From NCBI GenBank assembly GCA_964612825.1, contig CAZTCW010000032.1, forward strand, positions 7,272 through 71,271: a DNA stretch of 64,000 bases. The letters are read 5' to 3'. Under the pieces are notes generated by a model. It saw only the letters and a program-made list of their open reading frames with translations, was not told the origin of the DNA and did no database searches. A program made the translations under genes and the position numbers. Position 1 is the stretch's first letter. Every line of letters begins with the position of its first letter. Below are positions 55,521 to 64,000 of this stretch, piece by piece. Origin of the DNA: an uncultured Dehalococcoidia bacterium (lineage in GTDB: Bacteria; Chloroflexota; Dehalococcoidia; Lucifugimonadales; UBA1127).

Positions 55521-57740
55521 TCAACTAGACAAGGCTTCTATCAATCCATTTTCCCACGCTTCACGCAAGGAATCCATAGGGAGATCACAGAATGAAGGGA
55601 CTTTGAACCTATCTTTTCCTACTCGGCCCAAGATGCAAATAGGCACTGATTCAGTTTCAGCCAGTTCTTCTACTTTAGAATATTTTTCTTGGGAAACCGA
55701 GACAATTATCCGAGATTGACTTTCCCCGAACATGGCCGCATCCCAGCGTCCTTGCCAAGTGAATTCGCCCAAGAAGCCGAAGCCGCCTACGATACAAGAC
55801 TCTGCAAGGGCAACTCCAAGTCCACCTTCCGAACAATCATGTGCCGAGTTCAACAAACCCTCAAAAATCGCCTTCCGACACATTCTTTGTAAGCTAGCTT
55901 CAAGTTGTAAGTCTAAATCAAGGCGTCCACTTAACCCGCTAAGATACATTTCCTGAAACTCACTACCTGATAAAGACTGAGCCTGGGATTCAATATATGA
56001 TCGTCCAAGAAGCACAACCAAATCATCAATTCGGGTGAATCCTAATTGACAATGAGAACTAACATTTTCAATTAGTCCGAGTGATCCAATCACTGGTGTT
56101 GGATAAACAGGTCGTCCGGATGATTCATTGTAGAGGCTAACATTACCGCTAACCACTGGGATTCCTAGGTGTTCGCATGCCGCAGCAATTCCTTTTATAC
56201 ATTCTTCCATCTGATAATATACTTCCAGGTTTTCCGGATTCCCAAAATTCAAACAGTCCGTAATTGCAACAGGATCTGCTCCAACACACGCCAGATTCCT
56301 ACAAGATTCAGCGACAGCTATTGCTCCTCCCAGGAAAGGATCAATCTGGCATAATCTTCCATTACCGTCGACTGACAAAGCGATTCCCCGTTCACTCCCC
56401 GGCAGCCTTAAAACCGCTGCATCACCCTTTCCTGGAACCACGACGGTATTAGTGCCAACCTGATAATCATAGCGACGGAATATATTAGATCTACTTGCAA
56501 TGTTTGGCGAAGCAAGCAATTTGAGGAAAACTTCTTCAGGAGATTGGGATGGCTCGGGCGCACTATCTAGGTTCACTGATTGAATCTCAGAAAGCCACCC
56601 AGGTTTCACTCCTTGAAGCCGATATTGTGGGGGATCGGTAAGTAATCCTACGGGAACTTCAGCCACCTTAGAATCTCCATCAAATATCGTCACTAGTGGG
56701 TTGTTAATAACTTCACCTATGACAGTGGAAGTAAGGTCCCATTTTTCAAAAATTGAACACACTGAGTCTAAACCATCCCTCGGCACAATAAGCAACATCC
56801 GCTCCTGTGATTCGGACAGCATTACTTCATATGGGGTCATTTGGGATTCTCGCCTGGGAATTTTAGCCACATCCAAATACACTCCAGCATTCCCACGCTC
56901 CGCACATTCCACTACGGAACTAGTCAAACCAGCAGCTCCCAGGTCTTGCATTCCGATGACATAACCCGGGAATCGATTTACCACTTCTAAACATGCTTCG
57001 ATTAACACCTTTTCGAGAAACGGATTTCCAACTTGAACAGTGGGACGTAGTTCACGATCATCTTCAAAACTCCGAGAAGCCAAACCCGAGGCTCCATGAA
57101 TTCCATCCCGTCCGGTTTCAGCCCCAACCAAGAGCAAAAGGTTCCCTTCCCCTGAAGCACTGGCTTTTACCATCGCTTCCTTTGGCACCAGCCCCACGCA
57201 CATAGCATTTACAAGTGGATTCCCTGAATAAGCATGTGCAAAGGCTACTTCCCCTCCTACGTCTGGAATCCCAATACAATTCCCATACCAACTGATGCCA
57301 CTCACCACGCCATCAATTAGATGACGCTGATGGGCTTCTGTAGGAGGTCCGAATCTCAGGGAATTCAAAAGAGCAATGGGTCTGGCAGCCATCGTTAGGA
57401 TATCCCTTACAATCCCTCCAACTCCCGTTGCCGCTCCTTGAAACGGCTCAATCGCAGAGGGATGGTTATGAGATTCAATTTTGAATACCGCCGCGTGTCC
57501 GTCTCCCAGGTCAACGACACCTGCATTTTCCGCACCTGGTTCGACAAGCATGCGAGGTGACTTACTGGGCAGAAGACGGAGAAGTGGTCGAGAGTGTTTA
57601 TATCCGCAATGCTCACTCCAAAGTGCTCCAAATAACCCGAGTTCTAACCCATTCGGCTCTCTCCCAAGCCGATCAACAATCTCATCATATTCACTCCTTG
57701 TTAGAGCTATCTCATCTAAAATCTCGGGAGTTATCGGCAT
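55521..57740 (-). CDS. purL: Phosphoribosylformylglycinamidine synthase subunit II
   Basis: PurL (small type) motifs (EHCGYKHS, ESHNHPS, duplicated AIR-synthase-like domains). 739 aa. Confidence 0.95.
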   Translation of the reverse strand: MPITPEILDEIALTRSEYDEIVDRLGREPNGLELGLFGALWSEHCGYKHSRPLLRLLPSKSPRMLVEPGAENAGVVDLGDGHAAVFKIESHNHPSAIEPFQGAATGVGGIVRDILTMAARPIALLNSLRFGPPTEAHQRHLIDGVVSGISWYGNCIGIPDVGGEVAFAHAYSGNPLVNAMCVGLVPKEAMVKASASGEGNLLLLVGAETGRDGIHGASGLASRSFEDDRELRPTVQVGNPFLEKVLIEACLEVVNRFPGYVIGMQDLGAAGLTSSVVECAERGNAGVYLDVAKIPRRESQMTPYEVMLSESQERMLLIVPRDGLDSVCSIFEKWDLTSTVIGEVINNPLVTIFDGDSKVAEVPVGLLTDPPQYRLQGVKPGWLSEIQSVNLDSAPEPSQSPEEVFLKLLASPNIASRSNIFRRYDYQVGTNTVVVPGKGDAAVLRLPGSERGIALSVDGNGRLCQIDPFLGGAIAVAESCRNLACVGADPVAITDCLNFGNPENLEVYYQMEECIKGIAAACEHLGIPVVSGNVSLYNESSGRPVYPTPVIGSLGLIENVSSHCQLGFTRIDDLVVLLGRSYIESQAQSLSGSEFQEMYLSGLSGRLDLDLQLEASLQRMCRKAIFEGLLNSAHDCSEGGLGVALAESCIVGGFGFLGEFTWQGRWDAAMFGESQSRIIVSVSQEKYSKVEELAETESVPICILGRVGKDRFKVPSFCDLPMDSLREAWENGLIEALSS

Positions 57741-57767
57741 TTTGTTTATCCTCCTAGCAGCAACCCG

Positions 57768-57796
57768 ACACTACCAGCCCCAGAAAGTAACGTCAA
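57768..57796 (-). promoter_or_regulatory. Candidate promoter for purL (TTGACG-17 nt-TAGTGT)
   Basis: Minus-strand reading. The -10 element ends about 27 nt upstream of the purL ATG, and AGGAGG lies in between. Confidence 0.4.
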
Positions 57797-57969
57797 GGAT
57801 AGGGACAGGAAAAATAATCTACAATAAACTCTCGCACACAAGTCTAATTCCCAAAATTGGACACCCTAAGCAATTAATGAAAAAAACCTGGGAACGGGCA
57901 GTAAGAGATTTATCGAAAAGAGTATTAGAATCATCAAACTGGAAAGAAGTTAACGGCTATTTTGATTCA

Positions 57970-58983
57970 TCAGAACGATTGGGGGCCAGAAATCCCCAGT
58001 CGGTCTTTCACTTCATCCATGGTAGACCCTGCTATTCGAGACGCTTTATTCGCACCCTCTACCAAAATTTCACGGACGAGATTCGGTTTCCCTTCATACT
58101 CACGGCGACGTTCCCTGAATGGTTCGAGTGAGCGGTTTATTCCCTTGCCTAAATGAGCCTTACAATCTACACAACCCCGTTTAGCAGTAGTACATTCATC
58201 ATAAATTTCCGGTAGATCAATTTTGTTGAAAAATTTATGTAAACTGTAAACATTACACATTTCTGGACGTCCGGGATCGCTTCTCCTTAACCTTTGAGGA
58301 TCGGTATAAGCCGGAGCTATCCTGTCCAAGGTTTCCTGCTCTGTCGTAGCCAGTTCGACATGATTATCGAGGGTCTTGCTCATCTTTTGGTGCCCATCTA
58401 ACCCCAATACTAAAGGGATTTCGGTGAGTTTCGCTTTCGGCTCTGGGAAAGTTTCACCGAACATATTGTTAAATCGACGAACAATTTCTCGAGTAAGTTC
58501 AAGATGGGGGACTTGGTCTTCACCGACGGGAACAGTATCAGCTTTATATAGAATGATATCCGAAGCCATTAGGACCGGGTAACCGACCAAGCCATAACTC
58601 ACGGTTTCTTCGGTTTCATTCATTTGGCGGATTCTATCCTTGAATGTTGGAACGCGAAGCAACCATCCTAATGGCGTGACCATGCTCAGAATCGTGTGAA
58701 GTGACATAACTTCCGGAACATGTGATTGCGTGAAAATTATACTCTTATCGGGGTCAAGCCCAGCCCCTAACCAGTCGAGAACCATTTCAGAAATGTTTTT
58801 TTGAATTTCTTTTGTTTCACGACCGTCGGTGATTGTGGTTAGGGTGTGAACATCGACTGCCGAGTAAATACAATTGTAGTCAGTTTGAAGGTCAACCCAA
58901 TTCTGTAAAGCCCCTATCCAGTTTCCAATATGAAGACGTCCGGAGGGGCGCATTCCAGAGAATACAAGTCCTTTAGACGCCAT
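57970..58983 (-). CDS. trpS: Tryptophanyl-tRNA synthetase
   Basis: Class I HIGH (RLHIGN) and KMSKS (KMSKT) motifs, 337 aa. Confidence 0.95.
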   Translation of the reverse strand: MASKGLVFSGMRPSGRLHIGNWIGALQNWVDLQTDYNCIYSAVDVHTLTTITDGRETKEIQKNISEMVLDWLGAGLDPDKSIIFTQSHVPEVMSLHTILSMVTPLGWLLRVPTFKDRIRQMNETEETVSYGLVGYPVLMASDIILYKADTVPVGEDQVPHLELTREIVRRFNNMFGETFPEPKAKLTEIPLVLGLDGHQKMSKTLDNHVELATTEQETLDRIAPAYTDPQRLRRSDPGRPEMCNVYSLHKFFNKIDLPEIYDECTTAKRGCVDCKAHLGKGINRSLEPFRERRREYEGKPNLVREILVEGANKASRIAGSTMDEVKDRLGISGPQSF

Positions 58984-59057
58984 CGAGTTTTTTACCTTTC
59001 AAGATATTTCTAATTTGAAATTCTAGGCCTCCACTACATTGGAAGAATATCTAGAAT

Positions 59058-59936
59058 TTATTTTCCGAGAATTTTTTGAGCTGTTACGCCTATGTCCCCG
59101 GGAGTGGGGATGATTTCCGCTCCCGCCTGGGATAACGCCTTCACTTTTTCTTCCGCTCTAGCAGCGGCCCCAGTGATAATAGCTCCCGCGTGCCCCATAC
59201 GACGACCAGGAGGGGCTGTGGCTCCCACAATGAGAGAAGCAACAGGTTTCTTCATTTCGCTCTGAATGAATTCTGCAGCTTCTTGTTCTTTTACTCCGCC
59301 AATCTCCCCAATTAGTACAACTGCGTCTGTTTCAGGATCATCGTTCAATAATTTTAGAATCTCAACAAATCCTGTCCCGCTAACGGGATCCCCACCAATT
59401 CCCACACAAGTAGATTGCCCTAACCCCAATGAAGTCAATTGACCGACTGCCTCATATGTTAGAGTTCCACTTCTAGATACCACGCCAACCCTTCCAGCTA
59501 AATGAATTGACCCAGGCATTATTCCTATTTTGCATTGTTCCCCTGGAGATATTAGACCAGGGCAATTTGGCCCTATAAGCCTTACTGGTTGGTCACGTAG
59601 ATATTTCGCGACACTTACCATTTCCCTTGTAGGAATCCTCTCTGTAATACATGCAATTACCCCAACTCCAGCATCAGCAGCCTCAAGGATTGCATCCACG
59701 GCAAACGGAGCAGGGACAAAGATCATCGATACATTTGCCTTGGTCTCACGAACAGCATCATTAACGGTGTTGAAAACAGGTACCTTTTCTTCGAACATAC
59801 TTCCACCCCTTCCAGGGGTAACCCCAGCGACGATATTGGTTCCATACTCCATACACCGCAGCGCGTGAAACCCTCCTTCACGCCCAGTAATTCCCTGAAC
59901 CAAGACCCGAGATTCACGATTAACTAGAATACTCAC
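59058..59936 (-). CDS. sucD: Succinyl-CoA ligase alpha subunit
   Basis: [18 protein letters not shown] and the phospho-His motif MGHAGAI. Confidence 0.95.
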   Translation of the reverse strand: MSILVNRESRVLVQGITGREGGFHALRCMEYGTNIVAGVTPGRGGSMFEEKVPVFNTVNDAVRETKANVSMIFVPAPFAVDAILEAADAGVGVIACITERIPTREMVSVAKYLRDQPVRLIGPNCPGLISPGEQCKIGIMPGSIHLAGRVGVVSRSGTLTYEAVGQLTSLGLGQSTCVGIGGDPVSGTGFVEILKLLNDDPETDAVVLIGEIGGVKEQEAAEFIQSEMKKPVASLIVGATAPPGRRMGHAGAIITGAAARAEEKVKALSQAGAEIIPTPGDIGVTAQKILGK

Positions 59937-61093
59937 GAAGTAATTTCCCCTTTCAATGCATTTGCAGCCTCAGTTAAGGTCTCTACTTGAAAAACCGGAA
60001 GTCCGGATTCTTTCAGGATGGTTCGACCCTCTTCTGCATTTGTCCCAAGCATCCGAGATACGATGGTGGGAGAGACTCCTCGTTCTTGGCAAGCAGCGAC
60101 GACGCCTCTCGCTACAACATCGCATCGTAATATTCCTCCAAAAATGTTAACTAGAACTCGGTTAACTTTCGGGTCGGAAAGGATAATCCCAAAAGCGAGC
60201 TTAACTTTATCGTCATCCGCCCCACCGCCAACATCTAGGAAATTGGCTGGAGATGCTCCTACAGTTTGTATGATGTCCATGGTAGCCATTGCTAGGCCTG
60301 CGCCATTTACCAAACAGCCAACGTCCCCATCTAATCGAACATAAGAAATCCCCGCATCGGCCGCTTCTGCCTCCAATTCATCTTCTTGCGTAATATCGCG
60401 AAGGGTTTGAATTTCCTTCTGGCGGAATGCCGCGTCATCATCAAAATTCAGTTTGGCGTCTACCGCAAGAATTTTATTTTCTCCGGTAACTACCAGGGGG
60501 TTAATTTCTGCCAGAGTACAGTCCTTCTCATGAAAAAGACGGTAAAGATTAACCATCAAATCTGAGACGGGACGAATCAACTCAGGAGCCAAGTTCATGG
60601 CATAAGCGAGTCGCCGGCCCTGAAAAGGCTGGAATCCCAAAATTGGATCGATTGGTTCTCGTAAGATTTTTGAGGGGTCAGTGGAAGCGACTTCTTCGAT
60701 TTCCACTCCTCCAGCTTCGCTTGCGATAACCACGGCACTTCGAGTACCTCCATCAATCACTATCCCTACATACAATTCCTTTGTAATATCAGCGGGTTCT
60801 TCGACTAAAACCTGTTGAACGAGAACTCCTTCAGGACCTGTTTGATGCGTAACAAGGTTTTTCCCCAAAATACTGGATGCAAATTCTTTCGCCTCACCGC
60901 CAGAAGCTACGACTTTAATACCTCCGGCATTACCGCGCCCTCCTGCGTGAATCTGCGCCTTAACTACTACATTCCCACCAAGATCGTTGGCAATTTTTTC
61001 TGCTTCATCCCCCGTAGTTGCCACGGCACCTCGCGGAACGGGTATTCCATACTGGGCCACCAATTCTTTAGCTTGATATTCATGGGCTTTCAC
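59933..61093 (-). CDS. sucC: Succinyl-CoA ligase beta subunit
   Basis: HEYQAKEL N-terminus, ATP-grasp domain, and NIFGGI(L)RCD. GTG start with AGGAGAA upstream. Overlaps sucD by 4 nt. Confidence 0.95.
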   Translation of the reverse strand: MKAHEYQAKELVAQYGIPVPRGAVATTGDEAEKIANDLGGNVVVKAQIHAGGRGNAGGIKVVASGGEAKEFASSILGKNLVTHQTGPEGVLVQQVLVEEPADITKELYVGIVIDGGTRSAVVIASEAGGVEIEEVASTDPSKILREPIDPILGFQPFQGRRLAYAMNLAPELIRPVSDLMVNLYRLFHEKDCTLAEINPLVVTGENKILAVDAKLNFDDDAAFRQKEIQTLRDITQEDELEAEAADAGISYVRLDGDVGCLVNGAGLAMATMDIIQTVGASPANFLDVGGGADDDKVKLAFGIILSDPKVNRVLVNIFGGILRCDVVARGVVAACQERGVSPTIVSRMLGTNAEEGRTILKESGLPVFQVETLTEAANALKGEITS

Positions 61094-61190
61094 GGCACAT
61101 TCTCCTAAACTGGGATAATTTCGCGACGGCTATTCTACCACAGTGAGGTAGTCAGGAAACACTACCAACAATATTGGTCACAACAAATAG

Positions 61191-62414
61191 CTATTCTTCT
61201 ACCGGATGGAGAGTCAATGCTACTAACGCCCCCATAAAAAATATTCCGGCCATAATTAAAAATGCTGGCACATAACTTCCAGTTTGATCAACAACAAACC
61301 CAACGAACAACGGACCACCTAAAAAGGAAACCACAGTAACTAAATTTACCATGCCAAAAATTGTTCCGAAGGCTTTTAATCCAAACATTTCCTGTACCAG
61401 TAAAGGAAATAGAGCTCCAATTCCTCCGAAGGGAAGACCGAACATGGGGATGGCTATCCAAAGGAATCGGGTGGTTCCAGCCAATATTACAGCAATCAAC
61501 CCAATAATCTGTCCCCCTAAAGACAACACAAATGTATATTTTGCTGAAATCCTTTCTGAAACATATCCAAATATCAATTTCCCAGCCATCCCGAAGGCCG
61601 CCATTAGGGTGAGTAATGAAGATGCTTTGGCTAAAGATATTCCTTCATTGGTCAAGTGAGGAATGATTTGAGTAAGGACGGCACTATAAGTAAAATTAGC
61701 CAAAAGAACTGCGAGGGCGACACCAATAAAACACCGGGAATGAAACGCAACATCTGCCGAGACCCCGGGTAACTCGAGTGTTCCAGATGGCAATGGACCC
61801 TTCCGTGGAGAAGTACCACCACCATTTTGAAGGTTATCTACAGTTTTTGACCTAACCGTTTCCCGAACGATACCGAAAGAAATGCCCGCAACCAATAGGG
61901 CAACAATTCCCATAGCCTGGTAGCCCTCTTTCCAAGACGCCATCCCAACGATTAAGCTCACTAACGGGGTAATCGTCATCCCCCCAAAATTATTTCCCAT
62001 CGTGACGAGCCCCATCATTCTTCCCCGCGTTTCCTTAAACCATATCCCTACTAATCTCCCCGCAGGCAAAATTGCCGCTCCGGGAAATCCAGCAAACTGG
62101 AGAGCACTTAGGGCATACCAATGCCAAACCTCGGTCATGAAGGGACGAAGGATAAAACTTGTCGCTAAAAGAGAAAGCGAGATAGCCATGATGGGCCTCG
62201 CACCAATCTTGTCCATAAGCCGCCCTACGAATGGTGCGATCAAGCTTGAGAATGCAGCGAATGAAAGCGATGCATTGATTTGGGCTCTGCTCCAACCAAA
62301 TTCAGCCTCGAGAGGATCGACAAAGATTCCAAAAGCATACTGAGAACTGCCAATACCCATTCCATTGGAAAGAAAAGCCGCTATGACTACAGCCCAACCA
62401 TAATATAATTTCAA
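61191..62414 (-). CDS. MFS transporter (OFA-like)
   Basis: 12 TM with N-terminus MKLYYGWAVVIAAF. TTG start. Confidence 0.85.
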   Translation of the reverse strand: MKLYYGWAVVIAAFLSNGMGIGSSQYAFGIFVDPLEAEFGWSRAQINASLSFAAFSSLIAPFVGRLMDKIGARPIMAISLSLLATSFILRPFMTEVWHWYALSALQFAGFPGAAILPAGRLVGIWFKETRGRMMGLVTMGNNFGGMTITPLVSLIVGMASWKEGYQAMGIVALLVAGISFGIVRETVRSKTVDNLQNGGGTSPRKGPLPSGTLELPGVSADVAFHSRCFIGVALAVLLANFTYSAVLTQIIPHLTNEGISLAKASSLLTLMAAFGMAGKLIFGYVSERISAKYTFVLSLGGQIIGLIAVILAGTTRFLWIAIPMFGLPFGGIGALFPLLVQEMFGLKAFGTIFGMVNLVTVVSFLGGPLFVGFVVDQTGSYVPAFLIMAGIFFMGALVALTLHPVEE

Positions 62415-62773
62415 AAAGTTATCTCCACTCCAATTGGATCAAAAGCGTAAACGCATTGATGAACTGTTCGGATTAATTTCAAATTCCTTACAAGATGAGA
62501 AAGTTTGTTTCCATTGTAAACAATAGGAATTAAAGCTAAATAATCCATACAGGATTCAGTAATAGTATACCCTGACAAATACTCTTCACCAAAAAACCCA
62601 CCATTAGACCTGTAATTAAAACAGCAATCCCGAGAAACCCTCTTAGTTCATTCATAATACGAGGGTTTGCCGGTTTTTTTGCCATCTTGTATTAGCCATC
62701 TTGTAAAATTTGGGCTCACCGATAAAGAACGTACCCAAGGAACATTGTTTAGGAAGCCCGTACAGTGAGGGAA

Positions 62774-62802
62774 TTGAAAAACTTTGTCCCCTCAATGATA
62801 AT
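62774..62802 (+). promoter_or_regulatory. Candidate promoter TTGAAA-17 nt-GATAAT
   Basis: Read from the sequence, about 50 nt upstream of the ATG at 62851. Confidence 0.4.
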
Positions 62803-62850
62803 GTCGTCCACCTAATATTTTTTTCCCTTTACATTCAGGAGATATTTATC

Positions 62851-64000
62851 ATGCAAAATCAATGGGCCAAACCTGATGCGGAAATTGGGGACGCATTCGA
62901 CCAACTCGTTTACCAAAGTAGGCTTATCGGTGCAGATACCTCGCTTGTCGTCTGGGGAGGAGGAAATACCTCTATCAAATCCAACGTAGAAGATTTCCGA
63001 GGTCGGCCTACCGAAGCAATGATCATCAAAGGATCAGGATCAGACCTAAAAACAATAGAGAAAAAACACTTCCCCAGTCTCAAAATGGAAGATGTACTCC
63101 CTCTGTATACCCTTGAGGAGATGACAGATGACGATATGGTGGCTTATTTAGGGCAATGCATGCTCAATCCGAAAGACCCTCGCCCCTCTATTGAAACGCT
63201 TCTTCATGCCTTCCTCCCCTTCCATAGTGTCGTCCACTCACATGCCGATGCCATTGTTGCATTAACAAACACCCGGGATGCGGAAACATTACTTCAGGAA
63301 GTATACGGCGACACCGTTTCTATTGTGGAATACATACGCCCAGGGTTTAAACTCTCGAAACTCGTAGGGAAAACAGTGGAGTCCAATCCAAGTTCAGGTG
63401 GTGTCGTTTTAATGAATCATGGGCTCTTTACCTGGGGAGATACATCTCATGAGGCCTATGACCGTCACATCGACCTAGTAGCGAAAGCAGACTACTTCGC
63501 CCAAGAGAGAAGGAAAGCCAAGACCGTGTTTACCCCTTCAGGAAAAACCAAATTTTCAAGCGACGACCGAAAGAAAATTGCTGCATCCTTAGCTCCAGTA
63601 ATACGAGGAGCAGTAAGCGAACTGCAAGATGTAGTTCTCCGATACGACGATAATTCTGACATACTTGAATTCGTCGATTCCAGCCAAGGGAATTCCCTAA
63701 GCCAAATTGGTCCAGCCACTCCTGACCATACTCTTCAGACTAAAATAAAGCCCCTTTGGCTCGATCTATCCAATCCCCAGGACTTTCTTAGCTCCAGCAC
63801 ACAAATCAAAGAATCGATAAAAGCATATGCTCTTGAATATTCTCAATGGTACGAAAAACACACAGACCATGTGCACCCAATGCTCGACCCGTATCCAAGG
63901 CTCATCCTTGTTCCTGGACTAGGAATGTGGTCTACCGGAAAAGACGCCCGCGCAGCTCTTATCGCTGGGGACATCTACCATCACACGATACAAGTGATCA
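62851..64000 (+). CDS. Bifunctional class II aldolase/short-chain dehydrogenase (rhamnulose-1-phosphate aldolase/alcohol dehydrogenase-like), 3'-truncated by window end
   Basis: Open frame from ATG 62851 (AGGAG upstream) to the window end with no stop. It is absent from the ORF track because it is open-ended. Begins MQNQWAKPD...SLVVWGGGNTSIK, contains KGSGSDL, the His cluster HSHADAI and NHGLFTWG. Confidence 0.85.
   Translation, partial: MQNQWAKPDAEIGDAFDQLVYQSRLIGADTSLVVWGGGNTSIKSNVEDFRGRPTEAMIIKGSGSDLKTIEKKHFPSLKMEDVLPLYTLEEMTDDDMVAYLGQCMLNPKDPRPSIETLLHAFLPFHSVVHSHADAIVALTNTRDAETLLQEVYGDTVSIVEYIRPGFKLSKLVGKTVESNPSSGGVVLMNHGLFTWGDTSHEAYDRHIDLVAKADYFAQERRKAKTVFTPSGKTKFSSDDRKKIAASLAPVIRGAVSELQDVVLRYDDNSDILEFVDSSQGNSLSQIGPATPDHTLQTKIKPLWLDLSNPQDFLSSSTQIKESIKAYALEYSQWYEKHTDHVHPMLDPYPRLILVPGLGMWSTGKDARAALIAGDIYHHTIQVI

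Noticed and set aside
57741-57969. Purine riboswitch upstream of purL, and a terminator after trpS
   Set aside because: No purine-aptamer-like three-way junction core was recognisable. The only hairpin near the U-run (CUG...CAG) is too weak to call. Only a promoter-like TTGACG-17-TAGTGT is reported.
57481-58131. 216-aa plus-strand ORF spanning the purL 5' end, the intergenic region and the trpS 3' end
   Set aside because: It crosses two well-supported minus-strand genes and their spacer, and has a low-complexity Ser/Pro/Arg-rich translation.
62536-62685. 49-codon minus-strand ORF (MAKKPANPRIMNELRGFLGIAVLITGLMVGFLVKSICQGILLLNPVWII) in the AT-rich spacer
   Set aside because: It has one predicted TM but no convincing SD, and its start lies inside a tandem duplication. 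The evidence is not enough to call a gene.
1-64000. CRISPR arrays, IS elements, integrases, toxin-antitoxin pairs or known defence-system genes
   Set aside because: No spaced direct-repeat arrays, terminal inverted repeats, transposase/integrase-like ORFs or recognisable defence domains were seen on either strand. The only mobile-element-flavoured genes are the two isolated nucleases reported above.

Overview
Bacterial chromosomal window, densely coding and mostly core anabolism. I saw no rRNA, CRISPR array, transposase or integrase. Gene order: two SDRs; metH, a small Cys-rich ORF and metF; an accessory stretch (about 7.3-19.9 kb); tRNA-Ala(UGC); a trpEGDCFB operon; a nitrogen module; an ilvBNC-leuACD...leuB operon; a hydroxyacid dehydrogenase and DUF971 protein; thiD, an MFS transporter and an SSS transporter; a pyrR-pyrB-pyrC-carA-(exonuclease)-carB operon; purL; sucCD-trpS; an MFS transporter; and a 3'-truncated class II aldolase/SDR fusion gene. 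The accessory stretch holds a collagen-repeat/beta-propeller lipoprotein, cell-surface modification genes, an orphan YqaJ nuclease, three tandem paralogous membrane proteins, DCC, GNAT and TPR proteins, a redoxin, a large lipoprotein and an MFS transporter. The cis-regulatory RNA layer can be read directly from the sequence: a Trp T-box on trpE, a Leu T-box on ilvB, a canonical TPP riboswitch on the SSS transporter, and a PyrR-binding attenuator on pyrR. The nitrogen module is an atypical orphan OmpR-type regulator, amt, a PII protein and a type II glutamine synthetase. Observations most worth follow-up: (1) a thioredoxin-fold gene whose CxxC first cysteine is an in-frame UGA, a candidate selenoprotein; (2) a four-pentamer, 11-nt-period motif upstream of amt that matches the actinobacterial GlnR-box architecture, next to the degenerate-receiver regulator; (3) a PyrB fused to only the Zn domain of PyrI; (4) foreign-looking genes embedded in core operons, namely a DnaQ/PolB-type exonuclease between carA and carB and an ICL/PEP-mutase-family gene between leuD and leuB; (5) a collagen-stalk plus 7-blade Cys-pair propeller lipoprotein. 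The regulatory style (T-box, PyrR, GlnR-like) suggests a Terrabacteria lineage such as Chloroflexota, but that is inference only. No single obvious novel multi-gene system such as a defence island is evident.
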